Shown here one piece after another: positions 9,294-17,620 of a stretch of DNA of 34,053 bases; positions within the stretch are counted from its first letter, which is position 1, and every line of letters starts with the position of its first letter. The stretch spans positions 1 through 34,053 of the forward strand of contig CANQLN010000002.1 of NCBI GenBank assembly GCA_947624695.1, in the 5' to 3' direction. Origin of the DNA: an uncultured Bacilli bacterium. Its GTDB lineage: Bacteria > Bacillota_I > Bacilli_A > RF39 > UBA660. A program made the position numbers and the translations under genes. The notes under the pieces were generated by a model that saw only the letters and a program-made list of their open reading frames with translations, did no database searches and had not been told where the DNA came from.

Positions 9294-11651
9294 ATGAAGA
9301 ATATGACTAATCAGGCTAAATCTATAGCTAGTAGTACAGCTTCTAGTGTTTCACAAATGAAATCACAATTAAGTAGTTATGGTAAAGCTGTAATGGATAC
9401 TAGCAAGCAACAGGCTTATTTAAAGACTAAAATTGAAGATTTAGAAGATACCTTAAAACAGGCTGATCTAGGTTATGAAGTTGGGGACACAATGAAAATA
9501 GAGGCTGATATAGAAAGACTAAGAAATAGACTTTTGAAATTACAGGCTCAGGGACAACAAGCCGGACAAGTGACTAGCGGAGCTTTTGCAAGAATAAAGA
9601 ACAGCGTTAAAAATGCTATTTCCAATATAAGTGGACTTGGTAAGAAAATGAAAGATGTCGTATCAAACTCCAAAAATATGGGAAAAGGATTATCTAATGC
9701 TTTTAGTAATGGAGTAAAATCCATTAAGAAATTTGCTTTAGCTTTATTAAGTGTAAGAACAGCGTTTAGTGTTATTAGTAGGGCTATGCAATCATATTTA
9801 AGTTTTGATACGCAATTATCTAATTCTATTCAAAATTGTTGGAATGTATTAGGAAGTCTATTAGCACCAATTTTGGAATATCTAGTAGGATTATTCACTA
9901 AATTAGTTAGCTATGTAAATGCCTTTATTAAGGCTTTAACCGGTGTTGATTTAGTAGCTAGGGCTAACGCTAAAGCTATTGATAAACAGGCTAAATCTAC
10001 TAAAGGCTTACAAGAAGCTCAATCTAGCTTAGATGAATTTCATACTATAAATAAAGATTCTTCAAGTGGTGATGATACTCCGTCTATTTCCGTTGGTGAA
10101 GTAGATATGAGTAAATTAGATGTTTTATTTAGTTGGATAGATAAAGCTAAAGAACTTTTAGCAACTCTATTTGATCCTATAAAACAGGCTTGGGACAATA
10201 AAGGAAAAGCGTTTATAGATAGTCTAAAAAATGCGTTCAATGGTATTAAAAATTTAGGAATAGCTGTATTTAGTTCTATTATGGAAGTATGGACTAACGG
10301 AACAGGACAACAAATAGTAGAAAATTTATTAGTTATGTGGACTAATGTATTTAATATAGTTGGGGCTTTCTCACAAGCTCTAGCTAACGCATGGAATAAC
10401 GCTGGTAATGGTACAGCTATTATTCAATCTATAGCCAACATATTTATATCAATCCAAGATTTATGTATAAGTATAGCTAACTCATTATTAAATTGGGTAA
10501 TGAGTGACGGATTCCAACAAGCTTTAAATGTAGTATTTACTATATTAAGAGATTTGTTTGGTTATTTGGAAGAAGTTATAGCTTGGGTTGTAAGTATGTA
10601 TGATACCTACTTAGCTCCTGTAGTTGATAAGATATTAAATTGTATATCTAATATTATTATTGCTATTGGCTCAGTATGGGAATTTCTAAGTCCTTTAATA
10701 GATACGATCATAAATGTAATTATGAATGTATTAGAGCCAGCTATTGATGGCTTGTGCGGAATTATTGGTGGAATAATTGACGCTCTAAGTGGAGTAATGG
10801 AATTTATTACAGGCGTTTTAACAGGTGATTGGGAAAAAGCTTGGACGGGTATTAAAGATTTCTTTAGTGGAATCATTAGTGCTATAGGATCATTATTCTC
10901 AGGCGTAATAAACACAATAATAGCATTATTTAAAGGTGCTTGGGATATAATCAAGTCTGTATGGTCGGTAGTAAGTGGTTGGTTTAATGACGCCATCATA
11001 AAACCTTTAGGAAGCTTCTTTAGTAATATGTGGAATGGATTAAAAAATGGAGCAAAAAACGCTTGGGAGGGTATAAAAAATATCTTCTCATCAGTAGCTA
11101 CATTCTTTAAAAATATATTTAGTAATGCTTGGAATGGTGTTAAAAATATCTTCTCATCAGGCGGGCAAATATTTAGTGGAATCAAAGATGGTATAGCTAA
11201 CGCATTTAAGAAAGTAGTTAATACTTTAATTGCTGGAATAAATAAAGTAGTTGCTATTCCATTTAACGCTATCAACTCAGCCTTAAAGACAGTTAGAGAT
11301 ATTTCATTCTTAGGAATAGAGCCATTTAAAGGTTTAATTAAATTGATAAGTGTTCCACAAATACCTAGCTTAGAAACCGGAGGTGTTTTAGCTGAGGAAA
11401 CTATAGTAAGGGTAGCCGAATATAATAACGCTAAGAGCAATCCGGAAATTGTATCTCCAAAGGATATGATGAAAGAAACATTTATGGAAGCTATTGAAGA
11501 ATCAGGTATGAATACTCAAATGAATCAAAAATTAGAAGTAGAAGTCACAGGAGAAACTAGAATAGATGGTGACGATTTAGTCGTTGTCTATGATAAGGCT
11601 AAAAATAACAAAGGTTATAATGGTGGTAAAAATCCACAATTTGTTTATTAA
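9294..11651 (+). CDS. tail tape measure protein (true N-terminus probably upstream, near 9180)
   Basis: 785 aa; helical with hydrophobic and G/A/N-rich internal repeats (NAWEGIKNIFSS / NAWNGVKNIFSS); synteny. Frame is open from 9174 with the SD-like ggtggtgagg at 9166-9175. Confidence 0.85.
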   Translation: MKNMTNQAKSIASSTASSVSQMKSQLSSYGKAVMDTSKQQAYLKTKIEDLEDTLKQADLGYEVGDTMKIEADIERLRNRLLKLQAQGQQAGQVTSGAFARIKNSVKNAISNISGLGKKMKDVVSNSKNMGKGLSNAFSNGVKSIKKFALALLSVRTAFSVISRAMQSYLSFDTQLSNSIQNCWNVLGSLLAPILEYLVGLFTKLVSYVNAFIKALTGVDLVARANAKAIDKQAKSTKGLQEAQSSLDEFHTINKDSSSGDDTPSISVGEVDMSKLDVLFSWIDKAKELLATLFDPIKQAWDNKGKAFIDSLKNAFNGIKNLGIAVFSSIMEVWTNGTGQQIVENLLVMWTNVFNIVGAFSQALANAWNNAGNGTAIIQSIANIFISIQDLCISIANSLLNWVMSDGFQQALNVVFTILRDLFGYLEEVIAWVVSMYDTYLAPVVDKILNCISNIIIAIGSVWEFLSPLIDTIINVIMNVLEPAIDGLCGIIGGIIDALSGVMEFITGVLTGDWEKAWTGIKDFFSGIISAIGSLFSGVINTIIALFKGAWDIIKSVWSVVSGWFNDAIIKPLGSFFSNMWNGLKNGAKNAWEGIKNIFSSVATFFKNIFSNAWNGVKNIFSSGGQIFSGIKDGIANAFKKVVNTLIAGINKVVAIPFNAINSALKTVRDISFLGIEPFKGLIKLISVPQIPSLETGGVLAEETIVRVAEYNNAKSNPEIVSPKDMMKETFMEAIEESGMNTQMNQKLEVEVTGETRIDGDDLVVVYDKAKNNKGYNGGKNPQFVY

Positions 11652-11664
11652 GGAGGGATAACAA

Positions 11665-12066
11665 ATGAAGAATAATTCAAGTCCATTATTTCTATTTAAT
11701 GGTGAATCGTTGCCGAGTAATCCCTCAGTAGGATATTTAGAGGAGAATGAGCAATTAGTAAATGGTACGAGAAATACCAATGGAAAAACTATTGCTCAAC
11801 CTGTAAATAGAAGAATAAATAAATTTAGTAATTTAGTTTTTCCTATACTTCCTTTAGAGGATTATAATTGGCTAAAAAAGAAAGTAGCTAATTTTGAAGT
11901 TCTACTTACTTATTATGATACGGAAGAAATGCAAGTTTTAGTCCGTAGATTTTATTTTGGTAATTTGAGCGGTACTCCAACAAAATGGGATAATAGTTTT
12001 AAGCCTGTTCAAAAGCCTACTGAATTTAAAGATGTTAAAGTAAACATTATTGATATGGGGTATTAG
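11665..12066 (+). CDS. distal tail protein-like component, tentative
   Basis: 133 aa directly after the tape measure gene; RBS aaggaggg. Confidence 0.3.
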   Translation: MKNNSSPLFLFNGESLPSNPSVGYLEENEQLVNGTRNTNGKTIAQPVNRRINKFSNLVFPILPLEDYNWLKKKVANFEVLLTYYDTEEMQVLVRRFYFGNLSGTPTKWDNSFKPVQKPTEFKDVKVNIIDMGY

Positions 12067-12070
12067 TAAT

Positions 12071-13861
12071 ATGGCAAGTAAAGAAATGATAGAACAATTA
12101 AAAAAGCCAAAAAGAAACTTTGGTTTTTTGAGAGTTAATTTCAATATAATAGATCCTGACACTAATCCAACTTTAACCAGCAATAGTGAAGAAATATATA
12201 GTGATTTGGAAGCAATAAAACAAGCCGATATTATACAAACTAAAAATTATGCAACACTTGAAAAAAACTTTTGGATTCTTAACGGAAGCCAACCAATATA
12301 TGGTAGTGAGAAATTAGATCAAACTTATGTAAGTTCTTTTATGAGTGATGAAAATTGTAAGTTTGGAGAAGAAGCTTGTATTATTCTTACATCTAATATT
12401 TATTTAACTACTTTAGGTTTAAGTATGGTATTTGATAGTATTGATGAAAATTACGCTAAAAAGCTTAATGTTAAGGCTTATAGAGATGAATCTCTTATAA
12501 TGAATAAAGAATATACTTTAGATAGTTATAAAGATAGATTGATATTTGCCGATAATGAGGAATTAGTTAGATGGAATAGGATAGAAATATTCTTTGTAGA
12601 ATCTAGCTTGCCTTTTAGAAGAATACGAGTTAATCAATTATTATTTGGTATTAAGGAAACTTATACCGATGATAATATCATAAGTGCTGAGAGTAAAGAA
12701 AAAACTACTATGATAAACTCGGAGCTACCTACACATACTTTTAAATTTACTATTGAAAATATGAATAAGTTATTTAATCCTGATAATCCACAGGGCTGGT
12801 ATAGATACATATTACAGCAACAACCTATATCTTATGAATGGGGCTATCAATTAGACGATGGGACTATTGAATGGATATTAGGTGGTAATATGTTATTGAC
12901 GGGCTCAGTTGATGTCGGTGAAAATCAAGTAACATTTAGCACTACTACATTGATAAATTATTTAACTAAGGTTTATAAAAAAGGTGTATATAATGCTAAT
13001 GGTAGAAGTTTATATGATCTAGCTGTAGATGTATTAGAAGATAGTGAAATTGATAGTAGCCAATATAATTTATGGGAGGGGTTAAAGTTAATTAAAACTG
13101 ACGCTCCTCTTCCTAAATTAGAGGCTAGACAATTACTACAAATAATAGCAACTACAGGAAATTGTATTTTATTTACTAATAGAGAGAATATAATAAATAT
13201 TCAACCATTTAGCTATGTGTTAAATCCTGATGGAATGGATTATGACTTTATTACTAGCCAACCTGTTGTAAATGTTCAAAGTGAATTATATAACTCTATC
13301 GTTTATATCAATCATTATTTGATAGAAGAAAATGTTAGTGAGTTATTTAAAAATGAATCATTAGAACTAATAGGGGCTGGTACATTAGAAGTAGAATATG
13401 ATCTAGCTACTAATATAAGTGCTTCTATAACAGGAGGAACTATATTAAATGCTAATTATTATGGTAGATATGCTGTGTTAGAAATAAGTAGTGATGGAGA
13501 TTCTCCTATATCTTTGATATTATCCGGAAATAAAATAACAAACAGCCAAACTATTGATTCTAAACAATATAACGCCGATGGTGAAAATATTGAATATAAA
13601 AATGATATAGTTACACAAATGGTTGAAAATTCTAAGACTAAGAAATTAAAAGAATTTATTGGTGATTGGTATAATAATCGTAATATATACTCATTTAGCA
13701 ATAGAGGAGATATATTAAAAGATACTAGAACAATAATGCCGATAGAAACTGATTTTAGTAGTAGCTTAATAGGTTATTTAGTTGAAAATAATATTAAATA
13801 TGATGGTGCTTGGAGTGGAGATAGCGTAGTTGTAAAAGTAGGTGATAATAATGTGGATTGA
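12071..13861 (+). CDS. tail-associated / baseplate hub protein (Tal-like), tentative
   Basis: About 597 aa from ATG 12071; second gene after the tape measure gene. Confidence 0.45.
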   Translation: MASKEMIEQLKKPKRNFGFLRVNFNIIDPDTNPTLTSNSEEIYSDLEAIKQADIIQTKNYATLEKNFWILNGSQPIYGSEKLDQTYVSSFMSDENCKFGEEACIILTSNIYLTTLGLSMVFDSIDENYAKKLNVKAYRDESLIMNKEYTLDSYKDRLIFADNEELVRWNRIEIFFVESSLPFRRIRVNQLLFGIKETYTDDNIISAESKEKTTMINSELPTHTFKFTIENMNKLFNPDNPQGWYRYILQQQPISYEWGYQLDDGTIEWILGGNMLLTGSVDVGENQVTFSTTTLINYLTKVYKKGVYNANGRSLYDLAVDVLEDSEIDSSQYNLWEGLKLIKTDAPLPKLEARQLLQIIATTGNCILFTNRENIINIQPFSYVLNPDGMDYDFITSQPVVNVQSELYNSIVYINHYLIEENVSELFKNESLELIGAGTLEVEYDLATNISASITGGTILNANYYGRYAVLEISSDGDSPISLILSGNKITNSQTIDSKQYNADGENIEYKNDIVTQMVENSKTKKLKEFIGDWYNNRNIYSFSNRGDILKDTRTIMPIETDFSSSLIGYLVENNIKYDGAWSGDSVVVKVGDNNVD

Positions 13862-14387
13862 TCCTATCTATGATAGAACACAAGCCGATGTTGATTTAAT
13901 TAAGCTAGATCCAACTAATGAAAATAATAAAGGTGCTTACAATTACACCGACTTAAATAGAATAGAAAATAATTGTGAATATGTAATGAATCTACTAAAT
14001 AATAGTGGATTATTTTATATTCCTGTAGAAATTAGTGTAAAAACTGATTGGAATGTAAAAGACATACCTCATATTAAAGATATAAATAGAATTAGAAATA
14101 ATATTATAACTTTAATGAATGGTATGAAATTAGGTGAGGAATATGAAGAAATAGAATTTAGTAATACAATGGATTATATTAAAGCTAATATCTTGGAAAA
14201 AGATTTGGCGTTGATAAAGTACATTATTGATTCTTGCATGAGAGAATTAAGAAAATGTAATACTTTCTATTGTGGAGCTAATGGTATTGGTTTATATGCT
14301 AAGCCTGATAATCAAGAGCCTGTTGGCTTTGTAAAAATAAAACGATATGCTGGATTGATATATTGTGGAGAGGAGTTTAGTTTATGA
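13851..14387 (+). CDS. tail-fibre/baseplate-associated protein
   Basis: ATG 13851; the DRTQADVD...KGAYNYTDLNRIENN motif recurs in Firmicute prophage tail-fibre modules as I recall it. Confidence 0.35.
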   Translation: MWIDPIYDRTQADVDLIKLDPTNENNKGAYNYTDLNRIENNCEYVMNLLNNSGLFYIPVEISVKTDWNVKDIPHIKDINRIRNNIITLMNGMKLGEEYEEIEFSNTMDYIKANILEKDLALIKYIIDSCMRELRKCNTFYCGANGIGLYAKPDNQEPVGFVKIKRYAGLIYCGEEFSL

Positions 14388-14839
14388 AACAATATAAACC
14401 AACAAAATGGTTGGATAGAATAGTTCAATTTCCTAATAGATATAAAGATCAGGACGGAAATGAGTTAACTTTAACGCAAGATCCGGGGGAAGTTGCCCAA
14501 GACGGAACTTTGGTAGAAGCGGAAGTTATGAATAATATTGAAGATGGAATTGAATTTTTATATAAAGTTCGTAATTTTAGTTATCAAAAATTATTGTTAG
14601 CTACTAAGTGGACTAAAAATGATGACACAGGATTTTACGAATATGATATAATAGATAAGGACATCACAGCTGATACTATTGTTGATGGAATTTTAGATAT
14701 TGAAAACCAATATAAACTAAATTCTTCCTATACTAATTCTTATGAGGGTGGATTTAAAGTAATAACTACTGAATTGCCTAATGAGGATATAACTATGACA
14801 TTTAGATATTCAATTATGAATAAAGTAGAGGAGGAATAG
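14384..14839 (+). CDS. tail-fibre-associated protein
   Basis: 151 aa; ATGA overlap with the upstream gene; the N-terminal motif GTLVEAEVMNNIEDGI is typical of phage fibre N-termini. Confidence 0.35.
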   Translation: MKQYKPTKWLDRIVQFPNRYKDQDGNELTLTQDPGEVAQDGTLVEAEVMNNIEDGIEFLYKVRNFSYQKLLLATKWTKNDDTGFYEYDIIDKDITADTIVDGILDIENQYKLNSSYTNSYEGGFKVITTELPNEDITMTFRYSIMNKVEEE

Positions 14840-14841
14840 AA

Positions 14842-15957
14842 ATGATTGGAAGTGTTAATGTAGGAAACAGGGCAACTGATAATCTTACTAAAGTTTATGG
14901 TGTAAGAAGATCACTTACTACTTCATCATCAGCTTGGGAACGAATCAGGGACGCTGTTGGACTTGAAGCAAACGCTCAAGTTAATACTAATCCTGTGAAA
15001 AATGATTTTGATAGCATTTATCCGTGGAGTGACATTATTTCTTATAACTATGATATAGTCGGTCAACAAATAACCGCCTATTATGGTGATCCTACCTTTA
15101 AATTTGATGGAAGTAATGGTGATGTTTTAACCAAGATTCCTGAATTTTATTGGAGGAGATATAGAGATAGTGATTATGAATATATCTTAATTTCTAAAAA
15201 TAAATTAGCTGGGTTTGTTAAAAGTGAAGAGTTTTCGGTTGGTAGATATACTATGTCCGGCTCAGCCTCTAGGGTTTATAGTAGAAGTGGACAAGCACCT
15301 CTTACTAATGTCAATATAACAAACTTTAGAAGCTATGCTAGAGCTTTAGGAAAAGGCTTCGGTCAAATGGATTGGCATTATTTCATATTACAAATGTTGT
15401 ATTTAGTAGAATATGCTGATTACAATAGTCAATTAAAACTTGGCTCAGGTTATACTAATAGCTCTCATACAGCTCCCGTTAATAGCGGTCAATGTGATGT
15501 TTTAGGAATGAAGTCGGGAAGTAGAGATGGTACTGACAATACATCAATGATTTATCGTGGTATCGAGGATATATTCGGTAATATATGGCAATTTGTTGAT
15601 GGTATCAACATAAGAGAGCGTAAAGCTTATATATGTTACAATCCTGACAAGTACGCTGTAGATAAATTCAATGATGGTTATACGCCACTAGGATATACCA
15701 ATGACGATGTTACAGGTTATGTATCTAAGTTAGGGTATGATTCTAATAATCCTTTAATAGCTTTGCCTACTGAGGCAACAGGTAGTAGTGATACTAATAT
15801 GTGTGATAATTATTGGCAAAGTGAGGGAGATAGAATTGCTCTTGTCGGCGGGCATTGGTATCACGCTTCTCAAGCTGGCTTGTGGTGTTGGAGTATGACT
15901 GAGCCTTCGTCTAGTGCGTGGGCTGGCCACGGTGCTCGACTTCTTAAAACCAGCTAA
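14842..15957 (+). CDS. DGR target: receptor-binding tail-fibre protein with a C-terminal C-type-lectin/FGE-like variable region
   Basis: 371 aa; last structural gene. The C-terminus LVGGHWYHASQAGLWCWSMTEPSSSAWAGHGARLL carries the VR; invariant G/W/C scaffold residues alternate with positions templated by AAY codons. Confidence 0.8.
   Translation: MIGSVNVGNRATDNLTKVYGVRRSLTTSSSAWERIRDAVGLEANAQVNTNPVKNDFDSIYPWSDIISYNYDIVGQQITAYYGDPTFKFDGSNGDVLTKIPEFYWRRYRDSDYEYILISKNKLAGFVKSEEFSVGRYTMSGSASRVYSRSGQAPLTNVNITNFRSYARALGKGFGQMDWHYFILQMLYLVEYADYNSQLKLGSGYTNSSHTAPVNSGQCDVLGMKSGSRDGTDNTSMIYRGIEDIFGNIWQFVDGINIRERKAYICYNPDKYAVDKFNDGYTPLGYTNDDVTGYVSKLGYDSNNPLIALPTEATGSSDTNMCDNYWQSEGDRIALVGGHWYHASQAGLWCWSMTEPSSSAWAGHGARLLKTS
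15839..15947 (+). repeat. DGR variable repeat (VR)
   Basis: 109 nt collinear with TR1. All 12 mismatches lie opposite TR1 adenines; no mismatch occurs at any non-A position. Confidence 0.85.
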
Positions 15958-15968
15958 AACGGGGGTTT

Positions 15969-16007
15969 GGGGGCGGTCAGCCTCCCATCAATCGACGAAT
16001 GTCGATT
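15969..16007 (+). promoter_or_regulatory. two hairpins just 3' of the VR (candidate DGR target-recognition elements)
   Basis: gggggc-ggtca-gcctcc (15969-15985) and aatcgac-GAAT-gtcgatt (15990-16007, 7-bp stem with tetraloop). The GC-rich stretch follows the VR but neither TR. Confidence 0.5.
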
Positions 16008-16078
16008 ATAAAATAAAAATACCTTTTAAAAGGGATTTGATGTGTTTAGCACCGAGTTAGTCGGGGTTTGTCTTGTGC

Positions 16079-16187
16079 CTCTTGTCGGCGGGAATTGGAA
16101 TCACGATTCTCAAGCTGGCTTGTGGTGTTGGAATATGAATGAAACTTCGTCTAATGCGTGGACTAGCAACGGTGCTCGACTACTTAA
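16079..16187 (+). repeat. DGR template repeat 1 (TR1), cognate to the VR
   Basis: Read in the VR register it gives LVGGNWNHDSQAGLWCWNMNETSSNAWTSNGARLL. 12 of its 26 adenines are substituted in the VR, 0 of 83 non-adenines. Confidence 0.85.
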
Positions 16188-16297
16188 TTTGAAACTAGGT
16201 ATGATAGTTTAATCTTTCCCGCCGACTTGTTTTGGGGAGAAGATTAAAACTAGGGACTTGGTGTGTGTGAGTTCGTGCGTTATTGGTTGTTTGTATG

Positions 16298-16404
16298 CTC
16301 TTGTCGGCGGAGATTGGAATAATACCACACAAGCTGGCTTGTGGTGTTGGAATTGTAATAATGTTTCTTCTAATGCTAACGCTAACATCGGTGCTCGACC
16401 ACTT
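16298..16404 (+). repeat. second, diverged template-like repeat (TR2), with no cognate VR in the window
   Basis: Same length and register as TR1 (219 nt downstream). Shares cttgtcggcgg, caagctggcttgtggtgttggaat and ggtgctcga exactly. Contains 8 AAY codons. Differs from TR1 and the VR at many non-A positions. Confidence 0.7.
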
Positions 16405-16549
16405 ATATTTAAAGTAAAAAACTTACACATCATCTTCCTCAGCCCTTGCTGAAAATTAGTCGTTCTGGGCTGGCTTAGTAGGTTTATCTCCTGAAAAATG
16501 GAATTTCTCGAACAGCTGGTAGGCAAATATAAGAATTGGTGACTCAGGA

Positions 16550-17620
16550 ATGAAAAGAAAAGGATTTATCTATGAAAAGATTGTAGATTTGAACAATATT
16601 GAATTAGCAATCTCAAAAGCTAGTATAGGAAAAGGTAAGAGAAAAAATGTTGAAAAGATATTAGATTCTCCTACTTATTACGCTATGCAAGTACAAAAGA
16701 TGTTAAAGGAAAAAAAGTATGTTCCTAGCCCTTATATCGAGATGAAAATTCACGATGGGGCAAATAAAAAAGAAAGAACAATATATAAACCTAGATTCTA
16801 TCCGGATCAGGTTATTCATTGGGCTTTAATGCTACAAATAGAGCCTCTATTAAAAAAAGGAATGTATGAGTTGTGCTGTGCTTCCGTTAAAAATAGAGGT
16901 ATTCATAGAGGTATGAAATATCTTAAAAGAATACTTGTAGATGATAGGAAATATACTAAATATTGTTTGAAATTAGATGTAAAGAAATTTTATCCTAGTA
17001 TTGATAAGGATATTTTAAAAGCTAAGTTTAGAAGAATAATAAAAGACCAAGATACACTTGATTTAATAGATATTATTATTGATAGTGGTAAAGAGGGATT
17101 GCCTATTGGTAATTATACTTCTCAATGGTTTGCAAACTTCTATTTACAAGACTTAGATCATTATATTAAAGAAGTATTAAAGGTAAAATATTATATCCGT
17201 TACATGGACGATATGGTATTGTTTTCTAATAATAAGAAAGAACTTAGAAAAATAAAATATGCTATTGATGAATTTGTAGCTAATGAAAAATTAGTTATAA
17301 AAGAAAATTGGCAATTATTCAAAGTTAATTCAAGACCAATAGACTTCTTAGGATATAGGTTTTATCGTGGATATACTACTTTAAGGAGAAGTAATTTTTT
17401 GAGGATAAAGAGAAGAGCAAAGAAAATATCTAAGAAAGACGAAATGACTTTCAAAGACGCCTCAGCTATGTTATCTTATAGCGGGTGGTTAAAACATTGT
17501 AATTCTCATAATTATCAGCAAAAATATATTAAGCCATATATTGATTACAAAAAATGTAAGGAGGTTGTAAGAAATGAAAGCAAGAAGTACAATAATTCCT
17601 CCAAAATTCAAAATAGGTGA
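16550..17620 (+). CDS. DGR-type reverse transcriptase
   Basis: 356 aa; YIRYMDDMVLFS (YxDD box); LPIGNYTSQWFANFYL (the [I/L]GxxxSQ motif characteristic of DGR RTs); no maturase or endonuclease extension. Confidence 0.85.
   Translation: MKRKGFIYEKIVDLNNIELAISKASIGKGKRKNVEKILDSPTYYAMQVQKMLKEKKYVPSPYIEMKIHDGANKKERTIYKPRFYPDQVIHWALMLQIEPLLKKGMYELCCASVKNRGIHRGMKYLKRILVDDRKYTKYCLKLDVKKFYPSIDKDILKAKFRRIIKDQDTLDLIDIIIDSGKEGLPIGNYTSQWFANFYLQDLDHYIKEVLKVKYYIRYMDDMVLFSNNKKELRKIKYAIDEFVANEKLVIKENWQLFKVNSRPIDFLGYRFYRGYTTLRRSNFLRIKRRAKKISKKDEMTFKDASAMLSYSGWLKHCNSHNYQQKYIKPYIDYKKCKEVVRNESKKYNNSSKIQNR

Larger units (their letters stand above)
15839..17620 (+). mobile_element. diversity-generating retroelement cassette (VR, hairpins, TR1, TR2, RT)
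   Basis: VR/TR1 adenine-only mismatches, plus an adjacent RT with YMDD and IGNYTSQ motifs. Confidence 0.85.

Noticed and set aside
10607-11440. 277-aa minus-strand ORF inside the tape measure gene
   Set aside because: It is an antisense shadow of the repetitive, codon-biased TMP sequence. It has no RBS and is fully embedded in a well-supported gene.
15839-16404. Three similar repeats of about 109 nt spaced 240 and 219 nt apart, considered as a CRISPR-like or satellite array
   Set aside because: The repeats are too long, are imperfect in an adenine-specific way, and one copy is coding. There are no short unique spacers and no cas genes. The DGR VR/TR interpretation fits.
16258-16452. 64-aa plus-strand ORF containing TR2 in the VR reading register, considered as a second target gene or pseudo-VR
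   Set aside because: It has a TTG start without an SD and no N-terminal domain. It differs from TR1 at many non-A positions, so it is not a VR of TR1. It is better explained as an untranslated template repeat that retains the ancestral register.
16209-16526. 105-aa minus-strand ORF between the target gene and the RT, considered as a possible Avd-like accessory gene
   Set aside because: It runs antisense across TR2 and its spacer, has no RBS, and has Cys/Pro/Thr-rich non-helical composition. It is most likely a shadow of the repeat.
16550-17620. RT considered as a retron, group II intron or Abi-type RT
   Set aside because: It has no maturase or endonuclease domains and no intron-like flanking structure or msr/msd-type inverted repeats that I could see. 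The adjacent A-specific VR/TR pair and the IGNYTSQ motif indicate a DGR RT.
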